This document shows positions 25,431 through 39,044 of a stretch of 64,000 nucleotides of DNA, in pieces. A program made the translations under genes and the position numbers. The stretch's first letter is position 1, and each line of letters opens with the position of its first letter. The DNA is taken from NCBI GenBank assembly GCA_030141605.1, contig JAQGDQ010000073.1, positions 558,001 through 622,000 on the forward strand, in the 5' to 3' direction. This DNA comes from Tubiluchus corallicola (Eukaryota; Animalia; Priapulida). The notes under the pieces were generated by a model. It worked only from the letters and a program-made list of their open reading frames with translations, had not been told where the DNA came from and searched no databases.

Positions 25431-26999
25431 ATCTTTTTATCTCCTTGAATTCAGTTCTATCAGTCATTTTCCGCTTCTCTTTCTTTTTCTCTGGCTCATT
25501 TTTTTCTTTACTTTTTTCAGCGAGGCAAAAAGTCTGGTCTTCTTTTTGTAACCTCATTGCTTGGAAGGTACAGATCAAGGTTTTGGGCATTTTGACGGTT
25601 TTTCGACAACTTCCAGGCTGCGATTACGGTCTAGTATCACTTTTGCTTTTGTTCGAAGATTCTTTTCTACTTAAGGTTTTCTCTTAAGTAGCGAGGTTTG
25701 CACTTAAGCCCTGCTTCTATATGTGACATACTTCCAAAGATCTATTCCCAAACCCGCTAATTTTTAAACTATCAGTAATTGTTAATTGATTACTGACTGA
25801 CTATTTCAGAAAAAAATAATTCCAGTATCTTGCTCCTACAGGAGGGCGTCACCATGGTATGTGACTTAAGGCGAAATCTGAGGAGTTTTCATAAGCCAAA
25901 AATCTATCCGCCATAAAGACATGCTCCTTTCTGAAACAGGATATTAAACGAAAACTGAAACATCCGCAAATTTCAGTAATTCTACGAGACATACAGCAAA
26001 ATCCTCACGATCTTTCACACTTCAAAACTATCTTTATTCAACTCTATTGATATAAACACTTATTTAAGCTAGAATCGAAATTATAATGTAGGAGATGAGG
26101 GAAAAACCTGTTTTGATGTAAATGCTGATGAAGATTTTAATGTAATTTTCGACTATAATTCAACTTTGAAATTAATCAAGATAAACTGAATAGTTTATAT
26201 TTGGACTGCTATTCTTGTTAAACTAATTTTTGTCCAATTTAATTTTGGATGCATTTTAATAGTCGAATTTGGACAACCAAAAAGGGTGCAAAAAAAATTT
26301 CCGTTTTTTTGGTAGTTTTTTGCTTAATTCTTTTTTTGTTGTTCCAAGTGGTAAAAAAAGTTATTTTTTGTTAACCTAAACAAGGCAGTTCATCTATATA
26401 GAAACATGATTTTATTATAGTTATTAACTCTTACATAATAATCCATACCTCTCAATTAACTTATGGCAAATTACAATTTATAACAATTTACCAAAGACTA
26501 TTTATTTTTAAAAAGACTTCTTTTTCTCAGAACGTCTGCAAAGAAAGGGAATCAAAGATCTATCATTAAACTTTATAGAAAAATAGCAAATCAATGTCAT
26601 GCAATAATTATAATGCGAAAAACTAGCTATAAGTGCTGTGAAGGGTTAGTGTCCTTGCAAGAAACCCACGTAAGTAGATTTACTGTTATTTTGTCAGTTT
26701 TTTTTATTTTCTCATAAATGCAAGATCCTGTATGCTCATTATTAACCCTTTTAAGTAATTACGCTCTTATGATCTTGAAGCACCTAAGCTTTTTTCAGCG
26801 TGCTATCTAAATAGGTGCTACTATTATCTCATTCAAAATTGCGAAAAATTTGGTACTGACAATAGTATCACTAACTGCTGCACTTTTTCGTGCTAATGCG
26901 TTCGTGTAATTACACGAAATCAGTAATATAAATAAAATCGTAGACGTTTTTGCTTCAAAATTTTGGTGGTCGTAAACAGCAAAACGTCACATCGAGCGA

Positions 27000-27411
27000 C
27001 TATAAAACTTCCAATTTGTATCAGTTTGTATTACTTTCTTTTGAAAATTTATAACAGTTTTCTGATTGCAAGAAAGCAAGCTTGTGTTATGATTGAAAAT
27101 CATGCATTATGTTTTATCATGTCGTTATACGCTTGTCTGTTCTACGATGTCTGTTTGCTCAGATAAGCTGTGATACGCTTACCTTCAACGACATACTTAT
27201 TTAATATAGCATACAATCTTTGACATGATAAAATCATTTGTCGTTATATGCTTGGATTTTGGGAATCTGTGTTTTTATGTATTTACTTATTGTAATTTTT
27301 TTAAGTCTGCCATGACGATTTTAAATATTTTTGTGAAGCGTCTTTGAATATTGTCAGTCGTGCTGCTGTCTATAGATTTAGACGCTATACAAAATATACA
27401 TTACTATTATA
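27000..27411 (+). mobile_element. L2-type LINE/SINE 3' tail
   Basis: tgtgaagcgtctttga...agacgctatacaaaat..attactattat matches the L2 terminal stem-loop layout (gcgtct/agacgc pair), preceded by T-rich UTR-like sequence. Confidence 0.6.
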
Positions 27412-29994
27412 TGTAGCACACTCCTGAATAACCAACTTTTGTTTACTGTGCGTATCCCCGGCTTCTTTAACATATTCGTGTTATTAGAAAGTGATAGAAG
27501 ATTTTCAAACAAATTTGACATTAGCACATTTCGTATAAAATGATTTTATAGAACGTACGACAGTGTTCAATACACTCCCTTCAGGTTGTTTAAACATATA
27601 CACACAATTTAATGCGCTAAATGTATTAGTAAGACGTACGTCTTTGTAACAAGCAGTTATTATGTAATTAGTAACATTATGGTTATACCTGAAAGAATTT
27701 TAAATAAAAAAATGTTTTACTAACTATTAAGAAGATACTGAAATTAGAAAAAAGTCATAGAAAAGAAGCCCCTGAAATAAATACATCTAATCGGTTTACA
27801 TGCTAGAAATCGGACTAATACTGAAATCTCCAGAAATGGGCAAGTTGCTGTTTTCTGGCGACTTTCCTTCTGCAGAAACATTGTTTTTAATACGGTTTCA
27901 TACAGACATAATTAATCTCTAGGCTAAAGATATTAACTTTCGTACCTAAAGATGAGCTTTACACATATTCAATATTAAAGTTTTGTTTCCTCTACATAAG
28001 TAACCCTTTATAAACCACAATGTAATACCTAAACAGATTACTATAAAATGATGAAGATAATTCGACATTTTGTGTGACTTACTTTATTATTGCTCAATGA
28101 TAGTCTCTTTTTTAACCATGTTTTACTGAAACACGCACACTTTACTCTAATTCTGTCAGATCTGCAATAATTGGAGTAAGTTAAAGCAGATCTGGTCATT
28201 TATTACTTTCCATTGAAATAAATGATTTATAACATTAAAGCCAAAAGCCGACACACATAGTCAGATAACTAGTTGTTGAGGAAAAAGCCCTGATTCTTTC
28301 AAATGCCATGCAATAATTCATGTTTTAGCTTAGTTAATAAAAGTTAGACATGCAATCTTAATTGCAACTAACATGTTTTAATACAAGCCGACATAACGCA
28401 CTAAAAAATTTGATTTTCTTAATAACAATAATTTATAATATTATAAGATTATAAGTAAGGAATGGAAGTATAAAAGCTTAAGATATTCATTTGCGTGGGA
28501 CTCGAATTTCAATTCAGAACTGCGAGTTTGTACTCATACTTTATACGTACTAAGCAATATATTTATAATTTTCGGTTTTCAAACAATAATTCATTAGATG
28601 CGTTTTTCTCAATTTACTTTTTCTCATACTTCTCAAACGTGCAGCATTTTAGCAACAGTTTATTCACACATTTTCGATTTCCAAACAATAATTCATTAGA
28701 AAACCAACCATTTTACACGCGGTCGTCAAACGGCCTTTTCACTTTATTGCTATTCGGTATGCAATTAAAAAATATAATTTTGCCCATTTTGTTTGGTGTT
28801 TAACACTGAACTTTTTAAAAGTCATATCAAGAACAAAATTCAACAAAATCAAAATCACTACAGTACATATCTGTCACATCGTGTGTTAATCATGAGTTTT
28901 AATCTATTCTAAACCTTCTGCTAACTTAAGTAGCGAGAACAACAAGGAAAGATTTGTAAGAAGATATTATAAAGGAGATTAGAAACGAGTCAAACTTTTT
29001 ATTGATCAAATCTTTTTCAGAGGGGAGTGGAAGGAGAGATGAAATGCGATGGCTGCGTTTATAACTTGTCGCCTACGTTTTTCGGCTAAAAAAGAGCCTC
29101 AGGAGTGACGCATGACATTAAATTCACAATCTATGAACAAACCAGATCAGAGTCGTGTTTATTTAGCTGTTATAACCTTTACAGCTTCCTCCCAAAAGTG
29201 CTGTTTCGGAAGAATTGAGCGAAAACTAGAATCAAATTTCATCGGTTTTTTAGGGCAAACAAACTTTAATTTAGTGACAATTGGCTGAATTTTTTTGAGA
29301 CGCTTCCTGAAACCAATTAAAACGCCAAGATGTTTGAAAGAGATTTTCAAGTGATTATGAAAGAACAACTTCAAACTTGGATTACAATTGACAGCTACAA
29401 TTATTATTCTACTTAAATTTCATACCTTGTTATCTAAACCGGAAGTTTGACAATAAACATCATTTAAATCAAATTGAACGCTGTAATTCATAGGTATGAA
29501 ATTATTGAACTATACATTGAACGTAAAAATAAACTTTGAGTTTTCAAGTGAGATACAAAAAATTCAAACGAAAGGTCGAAATCGTGGGTCAAGGTCAAAA
29601 TTGGAAACTTCACAATTAGACAAACGATGATACTATGCTATTATTTCCTAAATTTATCAATGAAAATTTTGATCTGTCGTGCTGTTCTAACTCACGACCG
29701 AAAGCCATTTAGTTAGGTCATTGAGCTCTGGGCTGCAGCTATAATACTAGCAAAGTAATTTTGATACCTAAAGCTAGTGAGTAGAGTAGAAAGTGGCATG
29801 AATAAATACAATGGAATAAATAGATAAATTCTAATACATAATCGTCGCTTCCTCTTCAGATTTCCTGGCCCTTCTAGCAAAATGCTGGTTAAGTCGGTCC
29901 TGTTTTGTCCACTTTATAATACCGGAAAATGAAGTTAATGGGAGATTATCTGCATGGATCACGATGGAACATCTTATGCCTGCCTGTTTGCAGA

Positions 29995-30141
29995 ATGAAG
30001 AAAGAGGAAAGATGGGGAAATAAAATAGGATAGAGGAGAAATAGAGAAAGAAAAAAGGAAGGAAGGTGTAAAGGAAGACTGAAACGAAGATTTAGGGAGG
30101 AGAGGGACAGAAAGAGTAGGCGAGAGAGAGAGCTGTCTGGA

Positions 30142-30193
<52 letters not shown>

Positions 30194-30215
30194 AGAGAGA
30201 GGAAAGAGAGAGAAG
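29995..30215. repeat. Purine-rich / (GA)n tract
   Basis: Seen directly. Confidence 0.9.
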
Positions 30216-31138
30216 TAGACAGATATATTATTATGGTATTATTCATTATTAGTATAACAGTGATGTAATGTCTAATCTGAGAATTTTATTAAGCTCTTTA
30301 CATTTACAACCGACTCAAAAGCCGATTACATGTAATTTCACTTGTAGGTTAAGTAGAATTTGAAGCATTAGACGTAGATTACATTCACGTCATTAACAGA
30401 CACTAACTTTTAGCCCTTCAAATTGTTATTTCCTCTCATCACGAAACTTTTACATAATAACATCGTTCTATATTTACCCATTTATTTCATATTTTAGTTT
30501 TAAACTTTGCGTGCTAACAACTATTTTCTTTTCTACTTTGATGCTGCGAATCATAACACCAACTACCATGTATTAAATAAAACACGAAACACGAAAGGGT
30601 TGTGAAATTTGTTTTTCAGAATTCTACGAATTATTTTTCCATTGGCTGCTCCTGGTAATTTTGAAATGACCAACAAAGCACTTCTATCCTCTCAATGAAA
30701 TAATAACTATAATCATAATGCAATTTTCTAGTTTATTGAATTTTAAATAGCAAAAAATTGCAAGCAGGCGTACGTCTGATTGCTTATTCTTTATTGCAGC
30801 CAATATTACAATAGCCAACGTGCACGCATAGTGTTTGAATCAAGCATCATACAGTCATAAATATTTAAGCATTATTTCAAGGGACTTGCTCACACTGATT
30901 CAGTTCAGTTGTTTGTAAGGAAACCAGTTTACTCAGACGGTTGCTGTTCACTCATGCCGAAACGATTTGGGCGCGCACATTAAGAGGCTTTTTGGTCGCT
31001 TTAAGATGGTTGCTTATAGAGACCATTAGGCTTCCACCTAATACTAAATGCGCAAACTGGCTATTCATAATTAAGCACTTTACATACTCGCTTTCAAATT
31101 GTTACTAAAAGTAAAATGCACATGCGCACTCAGGCAGA

Positions 31139-31214
31139 ACACACACACACACACACGCACGCACGCACGCACGCGCGCGCACACACACACACGCACGCAC
31201 ACACACACGCGCAC

Positions 31215-31243
<29 letters not shown>
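31139..31243. repeat. Mixed (CA)n/(CG)n/(CACG)n alternating purine-pyrimidine tract
   Basis: Seen directly. Confidence 0.95.
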
Positions 31244-31245
<2 letters not shown>

Positions 31246-32177
31246 GAGTTGGTTAGACAATGATAGTTTATGAATAGTAAAGCGGCTTGTTCAAACTGTG
31301 AAGGTTTCACCTAGTTCCTGCTAGGTAAGTTATAAGTTACAGCACGTTAGTCTAAATTACAGCTGTGTTATAAGGCTATAATAATAAAATACGTAAATTT
31401 TATGACGTTCAATTATATGGCCGTCAGTTATAATTTCAGGTACCTGTTGTAGCATATTATTGATGGCTGGTGCTGTTTAAATGACTAGTCTGCCTCTCTT
31501 TGAAAAACTGACTCTATATTATTGTAATCTTACTTAGATCTCTGTCGTGACATTATGACACTAATTATTTTCAAGGTTGTAAGACTTCTGCTAGACGCTG
31601 CAACTGTGTGTTGTATGTGCGTGTAGGCAGTTACAACCCCAGTAGGCCAGCAGCTACTGATTTTGCATCATGCACTGGACGTACCGGGAAAAAACTTTTG
31701 CTAGGAAAACAAAAGAAGGGTTGAACAAAGGAAAAACAAGAAAGCCTATGAATGACAGACACCAAGGAAGAAAGAAATAACAAAAAATAAAAGAAAACAA
31801 ATGAAGGAAAGAAAGAAAAAATAAAAGATAAAAGAAATACAATAAAGAATAAAGAAAAGCGAAAATAAAAAGCGGAATAAAGAAGAGACAGAAAGAATGA
31901 AAGAAAATGACCAATTTGACATTTTTACATGTCCTTTATATTATAAAAGTTGTGACTTTAAATAGCAGCGTAAGGAAGTCAGGATAGGGAAAGGAAGAAA
32001 CAGCAAAAGAGAAGAGACAAGAAGGAAAAACACAGAGAAAGAAAAAATAAATAAAAGAAGACAAGGAAGAAAGAAAAAGGGCAAGAAAGAATGAAAAAAG
32101 AAGATACGATCGCGTGTCACGTGATCAGTAGGCAACATTATTTTTGTTTTCTGTGTTTACCGATGGTATCGATGTTT

Positions 32178-32450
<273 letters not shown>

Positions 32451-32763
32451 CGCTGTCTGTCTGTCTCTCTTCCGCCCTTTCTCTTTCTTGTATTTCTTGC
32501 TTTCTTTGTATTTCGTCGAACTTCAGTTAATGTCGTGTAAGTGACCGTTTAAGTCAGCCACTTGACCATAGCGCATGGAAGACACTGCAGTACCAAATGA
32601 CAAAATGGGATCTCAATTTGTTAGCACAAAAACGAGTAGTTTGAGAGAGAAAAACGCAGAATGGGAAAGAATAGCAAAACACTAAGTCATTTAGAAATAA
32701 AATTAAAAGTTGATGAAAAAAAGCTAAAAAAGAGAAAGGTCAGAAAGATGCAACGAGATTGGG

Positions 32764-32805
<42 letters not shown>

Positions 32806-33149
32806 AGGAGGACAGAAACAGAAACACCGCCCCTCTTAATAGTGATCATTAATAGCTATCGCTAATAACTAAGGGCCAAGACTCGATAACTTGATTTCCC
32901 TAGCACTTTCTGAATTAAAATTGCATATAAAACTTAAAGTTTAATTCAGTATTCTAGCAAGAATGGTAATACAATTGCCAACGGGAAATTTTGTTACGCT
33001 TGATAAGAAGGTAACCAATCTAGCAAAGCAGACACAGCTATTCAATAGACCATGTACACTATCACAACTTAGGCGAACGAAATGCGGTGCTGGCAAAAAG
33101 TTGTGCTATTGAAATAGACAATCATTTCGTGTTGTAGAGAATAATACAT

Positions 33150-35400
33150 CTAAGGCGACATAGGTACACCGTGGTTGAATGCAAAATTGGATTTATTTCG
33201 TTGATTGAGATTTAATTGTCATCACATTTTACTGAACCATTAGCAGAAGCAATTGCCTACAAGTCACTACCTAAATATTTTGCCAGTGTTTTCACTGCCT
33301 TGTTGTCTTAATTCAAGCTGTTAAATATCTGTACAATATACAAAATTAGAATGAGCACAGGTGTAGCAAAAGTTTCAAAATTAGCCAGTATAATAAATAA
33401 ATACAAAATCTCCTTAGCAACACCCCTAGTAACGTACTTGATATCAGTCGAATCATTCCCTGTTATGGAGGTGCATGACCTGGAAGCATTGTCTAGCATT
33501 TCAAGGTATAAAATCTTAACACTTTCATTTTTGTCACGAACCAAAAGATTTGTGTTTAATCGTGTTATTCTATTTGTTGCCAATGTAATTATTTGTATAA
33601 AAATATCTAACAGATCCAACTGCTTCTGTTTTCACATCAAGAGAAGGTATGCCCTCTACGTAGGCTGAGACAATTGGCTCTTTTTATGTAGTGATGTTAC
33701 ATAATAAAAGTATCATGCAGTAAAATTAGTAAGACATGCCATAATGTTCAGATAAAAACTGTTCAGATATAATCACTATTCTCTAGGCAAAGTTGATAAA
33801 CGAACTGTGTGCCATACTGTTTTAAGCGTCAGATTAGTTTTCTTTGCAAACAAGTTTTACGTAAAGTAAACAGAGTAACCTGTTTTGATTAAACTCTTAT
33901 GTAGCCTATCCGAAAAATCCTAACGAGGATTTGTTTATTTCGTCGACTTTTTAAAAAACGCAATGAAAATCTGCAAGTGTCCATCCTACATGAGCGCTAT
34001 AAAAGTAATGGCGTGTTAAGTTCATGATCATATTTTCCTATAAACGGTTTTTCTGTTACCCAGAGAATCAGGATTTTTAAAGTCTCAAGTAGTTCTGAAA
34101 TAAGCCGAGTAGTTTTTAACACAGCACTACATGAACATCATAAAACGAATCTGTTGTTAGTAATTAGTTACGTTTGTTTCCCTCTACGGAGTTCTTGGCT
34201 ATTTATGCTCATTTCCAGCTTGTATCTTTTTTACTAAACTTGATTCTAGACTTTTAATTCATTTACACCGTTTATTGTGACATTTAATATTGAAATTGAA
34301 ATATTAATTCCAATATTAGCGTAAAATATCAAATTAACAGTGAATTAAGATAATAATTAGATAAGCTATAATTAGTCAAAAGCCGTTACTACTTTAAGTT
34401 TAAAAGCTTGATTTATTTTTATTTTTTATAATTTCGCTCAAAGGAGTGAGCATAAACAGCAGAGATTACAATATTATCACGCGGATTTAAAGCTCGCAAT
34501 TACATTACAACAAGCAGTTTTAGGTCAGGATAATTTTCTACAAGTACTACGCAATGCGCTGACACTTGCGCAAATTCAAAAATCTTAGTCATACAGTCAT
34601 TCTTGAATTTCTTCTGTATGATAACAATCAATGTGTCATAGGTAATTTTGTCAAGTTTCAGGGTTCATTGTAAAATTCATCGAAATGGACTTGGCTGAGG
34701 TAAATATTACCCTCGGGTATGATTGTAATTCAATATTTTTGCTGTATAATATTAATTTTATACGTGCATGAAATATAAGTGTGATAGACACAGCGCTGGT
34801 TGATTGTACAGTACTTAGACTTAGAGTAACAATAAAATCTAAAGCTGACTGATAATTAAGGGCATAGTTAATTTTGTTGACAAAATAATACAATTTTCTG
34901 TACAAACGCAGGCAAAGCTTGATCAAAAAAATTGTAGGCAAAAGGCTAGTCGCTATAAATATATAACCAGAGCTTTACTGTTTTGTTATGTATGGTAGTC
35001 AATGTTTTATAATTATTTTTCTACAAGAAAAACTCTGTTGTTCAGACATGACAATATTGCTTGTGTTTGTGCTTGTTTTTCGTATATATTATGACGTTAT
35101 TTTAAGATATAACATAACAATCTGTTCATAGACGCACGCCAAATTGTTCTCAGTAGTGCTTTTAAAGTTTAACTGATACAGAATAGACAGAACAGTTAGG
35201 ACTAATTTGGATATTTTGTGTAAATCATCCTCGCTCAGAAACAGCAACAATGGCGACAAATATAAAGTTCTTATTTTCATCTCATAATTCATAACTTTGT
35301 CACTTTCCTTATTTACAGCCCTGATAGTAACATCACTACAAGATATTATCATACCAATATTAATGCACATAGAAGAGTAGCTATACTTTAATGTAATATG
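33150..35400 (-). mobile_element. Decayed non-LTR retrotransposon (CR1/L2-group LINE) ORF2 fragments: endonuclease at about 34700-35370, RT at about 33180-33660
   Basis: Frameshifted remnants IRAVNKESDKVMNY, FVAIVAVSE, ..ACVY (APE-like) and LDVK.., GNDSTDIKYVTRGVAK (RT 'GVPQG' region), WFS..LNLN, in the correct 5'-3' order on the minus strand. Confidence 0.55.
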
Positions 35401-38208
35401 TTAATAGTGAAATATTACAAGATGCATTGATCTTAATTGTCTGTGTTTTTGTTCATATAGATTATTTTGTGAGTTGCGTCGAAGAAAATTTATTAATAAT
35501 GAATAAATAAAATAAATAAACAAGTCTATTACCTATAAAGTCTTACTACTTTGATACAGGATTATGTCTAAAATAAACCCTCTGTAAAGGCATTTTGCAC
35601 ATTACCTTAATGTTGAAGAATGCTGAAGATTTCAGATATCCTTTTCGCAATGCACATATAGAATTTGTAGAAAAGAATAGCCTTTAATTAGTGCCAGAAC
35701 GCTATACGCTACTTATTTTTTTCAATCTTCTGTCATGTACTGTTGCCAATTAAGCCAGTTATATGGACGTATGCTTCCAATAATAATGCACACAAATCTC
35801 AACATTTCAATAAAAAGACTTATTCACCATAGCAGAAATAATATAGTCACGTTTTGAACTGTTTTTTACGTTCTACGGGCGATGATTTACAACAAACAAC
35901 TTCCACATGTCCGTCGTGCATAGAAGATTAAAAGATTGCCGCCATTTTGAACTTATTCAAAATTATTCCACAATGACATTACACTGAAGTCAACATGTTT
36001 ATTGTCAATCTAAGCTCGTCTTTTTCTCTCATATTAATTGCAGGTATTGCACAGGTAATAGCCGAACAGGTGCACAAGCGGACAGGTGCAAATGTGAGAT
36101 GAGGCGAGTTAGAAGCTGAAGGGATCCCTACCTACCCAACCGTAACCTACCTAATGGTAGAAGAGCGAAAGAGAGCTCAATTTTAGATGAAATATTATTG
36201 TTACAATACCAAAAATAAAATTACTAAACGTTTTTTGACAACAAAAACAGTACACATTAACGAAAGACAAACGGGTTGGAAGGCGTATTTGCAAATAAAC
36301 TTGCACAAGGTTTATATATTATACAGGTACAATTAAATTACGTACCAGTATGAAGCACATCATAGATTCGCAAATCCAACTTTTACAGGCTTATGTTAGC
36401 ACTATACGGTCGTCGGAAATGCGAACAAATTTCCTGTTTATCCTTGAGCTAATTTGCGAAAAAAATCTCAGACAATTTTCCTCAGGACAGACAGGAGCAG
36501 TGTGTAAGGAGTTAAAAATGACGAGACAGACTGACACGCCCTACGAGAGGATTAGCTTAGAAAAAATGAGATTATTATGGTGTTCCTATTCTTGTGATTA
36601 TAGTTGTTGTTTATGATGTTGTCTGGACGGTGTTAGCTTTTATTCTTAAAGTAGGCGTAGGGGCCACTTGACAAGGGTTGCAATGTTTTTGTTATAGTTT
36701 TCTGACTTTATGCTTGTTCACTTTCTTGCGTTTGTGCTCAGAGCTGCATGTCTTGTAAGATCAAAAATTGACAGACAAAATTTCCTGTTTTGACGGATGG
36801 ACAAAAATTATGCTTTTTTATGGTGTCTTGATTTACAACGACCTTTAATCCGCTCTTTTTCTGTCCAATCATATTAGAAATGCCAACATTGCACATGTAG
36901 TACGTATGAATATATATGTAAATTTTGTTGATATACTTTTGGATAAGACGCTCGGTTCATTCATTTTATTGTCGTCAAAAAATGAGTAGCACAGTGTTAG
37001 CAAACAACCACGGGAGCAGCAGCAGCAGCAGCAATCATTTGCTTTTATGTTGTTTTGTTTACTGCAACTGTTGACGTTTTTATTTTCTGTACTTAGGCAC
37101 TATACACTATCGATTTTTGTTTAAAAGCATAAAACACCTAGTGTGTCTCTATAAAGCAGACTACTCGTATCATTTCTGTATACTTTTTTCTAAGAAGTGT
37201 TTTTATTACAGTATGAAACAATTTTCATAATTTTTGAAAATTAACTGCAGTTTGTGAAAGTTTCTATAAATTGTTAAGTATACGCCCTAAAATGGGAGAC
37301 GGTATTGGTTGGATGCAGTTTCGTCAAATGTGCACCATGTACTACATGTATAATGAAAGCAAAACTGCGCGGATTTTCAGACAAATTAAGGTATGTTCAC
37401 TTGCGCACTGCAAAGGCATCTAATTTAATGAAATGACGTGCCATTCAGTTTAGTGCAATGTACCAAACAAACTGTGTTTTTGGTAATGTTGCTCGTAAAT
37501 ACGACCATTTTTCTTTACACATTTGAAACACTTGAAACATTTGTGGGCCACATTTGAACTAGCCCTTGTGCCAGCTGTGAAGTATTTTTACACACGCAGT
37601 TAAAACAATGTAAATAAACTAGGAGAGAGTGTGTACTACTATGAGGTTTAATCCCGAAATGGCGTGCCGTATGATTGGCATGTTGTAAGTTAATCCTGGC
37701 GCACATACGATTATGGACATTACGCCGAGGAAGAGGTGCAAAAAAGTCATGTTTAACAGTAGAAAATTCCCCGTATACAGTTATTTCATTGTTTGCTTTG
37801 TTGGCAAAAAGAGAAGCGCAAACATGTGGGCAAATCCATTGAGATACTTAGTGATTGACGGTATGAAATTAATACGTCAAAGACTTAAGATGAGACCATG
37901 GGATTAAGAATTTAAATACGGCTTGAGATTTAGGACTAAAGAGCTTAGATGCAACTCGAGACGAAGAGTAGGCTAGTTTTATTCTCACATCTTGCTATAT
38001 TTTACTTAATAGTAATATGTTAGCAAAGAATTGCTGTATCAGAGTCTTATGCCGTTATTGCACAAAGAATGTTCTTTTTGTAATAAAGTTTTTTACTTTT
38101 TGTCGTTGTTCCTGCTGTTTACTCCTGAAAGTCACAGAGAAATCACAGAGGCAAAGGAATAACAAAAAGCTATGACGGCTTTAGACCATAACTCCATAAG
38201 TACCATTT

Positions 38209-38358
38209 TTAAAGGGGAAGAAAAGCTAATTTTAAAGCATAGCCCAAATAACTTTTCCTACAAAGTTATGTTACTTAGCATTATGCTTAAATGTTTCAAA
38301 TACTCATGTAATTGAAAAGAAAGTTCTTAATAATTTATAACGTTCGTCCCACCTTTTA
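38209..38358. mobile_element. Possible Kolobok-type MITE remnant
   Basis: Starts ttaaAGGGGA and ends ..CCCACCTtttaa, i.e. TTAA-flanked AGG...CCT ends. Confidence 0.3.
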
Positions 38359-38966
38359 AAACAGCCCTGCAGCGCCATCCCAGGGCGCACCACTTGTTCA
38401 CCAAAAACACATTATTGATCTCATTGATAACATAAAAGTAATTTAAACTTTTGCTTAATTAGTGAACAATGTGCGACGAAAGCTCTGATTATTTTTTTCA
38501 AAGTTTACGCAATGTTATCTGAACTTGTTTCGAAAGACTTACCTTTAAAATGGCTACGCCTAACGGTCCTCGTGGGAGTTTAAATTTTCAAGTTTAATAC
38601 AGCGTTACTGGTAATTCAAAGCCTCTAAGCACTAAGAAAGTATGTAAGTAATGTAAAATTTCAAGTCGAATTTGTTAAGCTTCATTTATGACAAGTGTTT
38701 TCTTGTGCTTTAACATTCGTGTTTAACTTCTAACATTGACACATCATCGCTAACATCTGTATTTGCACATAATAATACTTCTAAACAGTTGAATATGTAC
38801 ACAAATGTTTGTTATTATTTCCCTGAGGATCAATAGTTAGGTAGAAACTATTTTTCACTACTGTTGTGTAATATTGCCGCCTGTAAAACTATTGTTTTCC
38901 AAACCAAATTTTATTTCTACGGCCATTTTAGACATTAAACCAATTTGTTCCTTTAAAATTAATGAC

Positions 38967-39044
38967 GTTAATTATTAATAGGTTTGCACATATATATGGC
39001 TACGAGCTCTTAATAAACCTTGTGCAAACCTATTAATAATTAAC
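38967..39044. repeat. Perfect 24-bp inverted repeat with a 30-nt spacer
   Basis: gttaattattaataggtttgcaca (38967-38990) and tgtgcaaacctattaataattaac (39021-39044). Confidence 0.95.
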
